From Rhina ancylostomus (Eukaryota), in the NCBI GenBank assembly GCA_030265395.1, contig JARFYF010000068.1:6418634-6482633 (forward strand): 64,000 nt of DNA. The letters run 5' to 3'. The translations under genes and the position numbers were made by a program. The notes beneath the pieces were generated by a model, which was not told where the DNA came from, made no database searches, and was given only the letters and a program-made list of their open reading frames with translations. This document shows, piece after piece, positions 62,520 through 64,000 of this stretch (its first letter is position 1; each line of letters opens with the position of its first letter).

Positions 62520-63001
62520 TGTCACAATGTTGAGCAAAGGGGAAGCTCACAGAGAACCCAAATGTGGCACACTGGTACAGGACTGGAGTCATGATACTTC
62601 CTCAGGAACAAACACTGGCAGCAACTGGAAGGAATCTTGCCTCGGATATCTGAGTAGGAACACCAACACAAACTGAATCTTCAAACAGGAATAGAGAATT
62701 CAGGACTGCTCTAGAGTAGACCACTCTAAGCAGNNNNNNNNNNNNNNNNNNNNNNNNNNNNNNNNNNNNNNNNNNNNNNNNNNNNNNNNNNNNNNNNNNN
62801 NNNNNNNNNNNNNNNNNNNNNNNNNNNNNNNNNTGACCAATACTCTGGCAACCAGTGCTAGAGAAACCCAGGTACTTATGCTAGACACCTGTTGGTGCTC
62901 AAGTGTGTGTCATTATGACATCAATCCAGCATGGAATCCACGTGCTGTACAATGAGGCATCTGAGGAGCAAAATCAAGGGCCAATACTCAGAACCATGAC
63001 A
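62520..63001. mobile_element. Solo LTR (Gypsy-type) with a 5-bp target-site duplication
   Basis: TGTCA...TGACA inverted termini; GATGC at 62515-62519 and 63002-63006; internal 100-N gap. Confidence 0.9.
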
Positions 63002-64000
63002 GATGCATGTCATTTGTTATCAGAAAGACGTGTTGCTTACATGCTTCCCTTGAAATTTTGTCCAACGTATTTTTTTACAACTGCGGGTCATGGCCTGCAT
63101 TTTCCAGCCATCGATTTTTCGCTCTGCTCATCTTTTTGTGGATTATTTCCCACAAACAGTCTATAGTTGTGATCCCATCTACCTACGTCATGAAACTTTT
63201 AGGATCCATACACTCGCGCTTGAGTTTGTTCTGTCCACTGTTTACTTTCTTAATCCCATAGAAATATTGTAAAATTCTAGTCTTGTTTTGCACAGAATTG
63301 AATCAATCTTGTGTAATGTAAAAAAAAAACTACTGTTCCGCACAGACGTTTGCCCGCATCATACAACGGATGGAAAAATAGCTGGAATGCTCCTCTCATC
63401 CCAGCAATTATTGCAGTGACTTAGTTTGGCGTTTGGACACAGATTTGTGAAAGGATTGCATACCACTGTGATCCGCTGACAGTAACCCAAGGAATATTAG
63501 CGTATTCTAATAAAAAAACTCTTTTAGAGTTGTCTATTCTAATAGCCAACTCTTTTTTTTCCTGATACATGCAATGCTGAGGTAGAGCTGTGTGAACATG
63601 GAGCTGCAAATCAAAAGCAATCTGAAGCTCAATGTTCTGTTGTAGATGAAACACATTGCAAAGAATGACTTATACGTCTCCTCTGGAGAAACGTTGCCAC
63701 ATTCTGCATTAGATTCCTTGAACGGATTGGATTTCTAGCAGTCTACAACGGAATATTTTTTGTCTTCTTGTACGTTCACAAGTTTAAAAGCGTCAAGGTC
63801 TGCTTTTGCAGAATAGGTGTCTTAAATAAAATTCTCTCATGATTTTTCAATTTAATTGTAAGAGCAGAGATAATAAGAACACAAACACGCCACCTGCACT
63901 TCGAAACTATGGATTCCATTGAGCTGAAAAGCTCCAAATGCAGTAATTTTCTAGACAATTATCCTGAATCCGCTGCCTGACGTAGACATCTGTTCATATG

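Overview
AT-rich vertebrate genomic DNA from a draft scaffold with N gaps. The repeats (HER1/CR1-type LINEs, HE1/V-SINEs, Rex/Babar LINE ends, Gypsy-type solo LTRs) point to a cartilaginous fish, probably a batoid (inference). None of the long ORFs in the track is a real gene. The window is the interior of one minus-strand gene that ORF finding cannot see: 42 microexons between 62189 and 1196 (24 x 27 nt, 10 x 36 nt, and 6, 12, 12, 18, 21, 24, 24 and 30 nt). Each has an AG acceptor with a pyrimidine-rich tract and a GT donor (one GC), each is a multiple of 3, and all read open in phase 1. Spliced together they give 1155 nt (385 codons) of stop-free charged coiled coil: xRQILLKNA|EIITLQSKIKES|ADSKST|ECKKLLQAS|MRQLLVKDI|EIGKLTTKVQES|EEAMRSKEQ|ASDLRRKDQ|EIEKLRKSLQDA|EYRLRKKDS|EMSDHLKTD|EQKLREART|ELEQLEAIRKDI|EKLLRIKDA|EIKELLRKN|DSKENCAT|DQDKLEAIQRDI|VQLLRLKDK|ELEELRRQK|GTTVQEC|EKDLHAVKS|EAEALKSALKNA|QNELQFKEE|ELQKHTEKD|ETLVNRCKTS|EEQIRETQE|EELLRRQDT|GKEE|ELEKLRRMLSDA|EGEMTKKDE|EAKKLKKALQDL|EDKLREREA|DASC|EVENLTSQLQEC|ERKLKQKEK|EALIREAKT|ELEKLTIIQRDV|AELLSLKNE|EIKRLREKC|VVSRRSDE|AT|HARVARDQY. 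A 36+27-nt exon pair encodes 21 aa, exactly three heptads. The exons recur in duplicated modules, and several damaged paralogous exons sit at the expected module positions. The gene start and probably its end lie outside the window, so its family is unresolved (butyrophilin/BG-like cytoplasmic tail, CD23-like stalk, or something else). All exon calls were made by eye and need RNA-seq confirmation.
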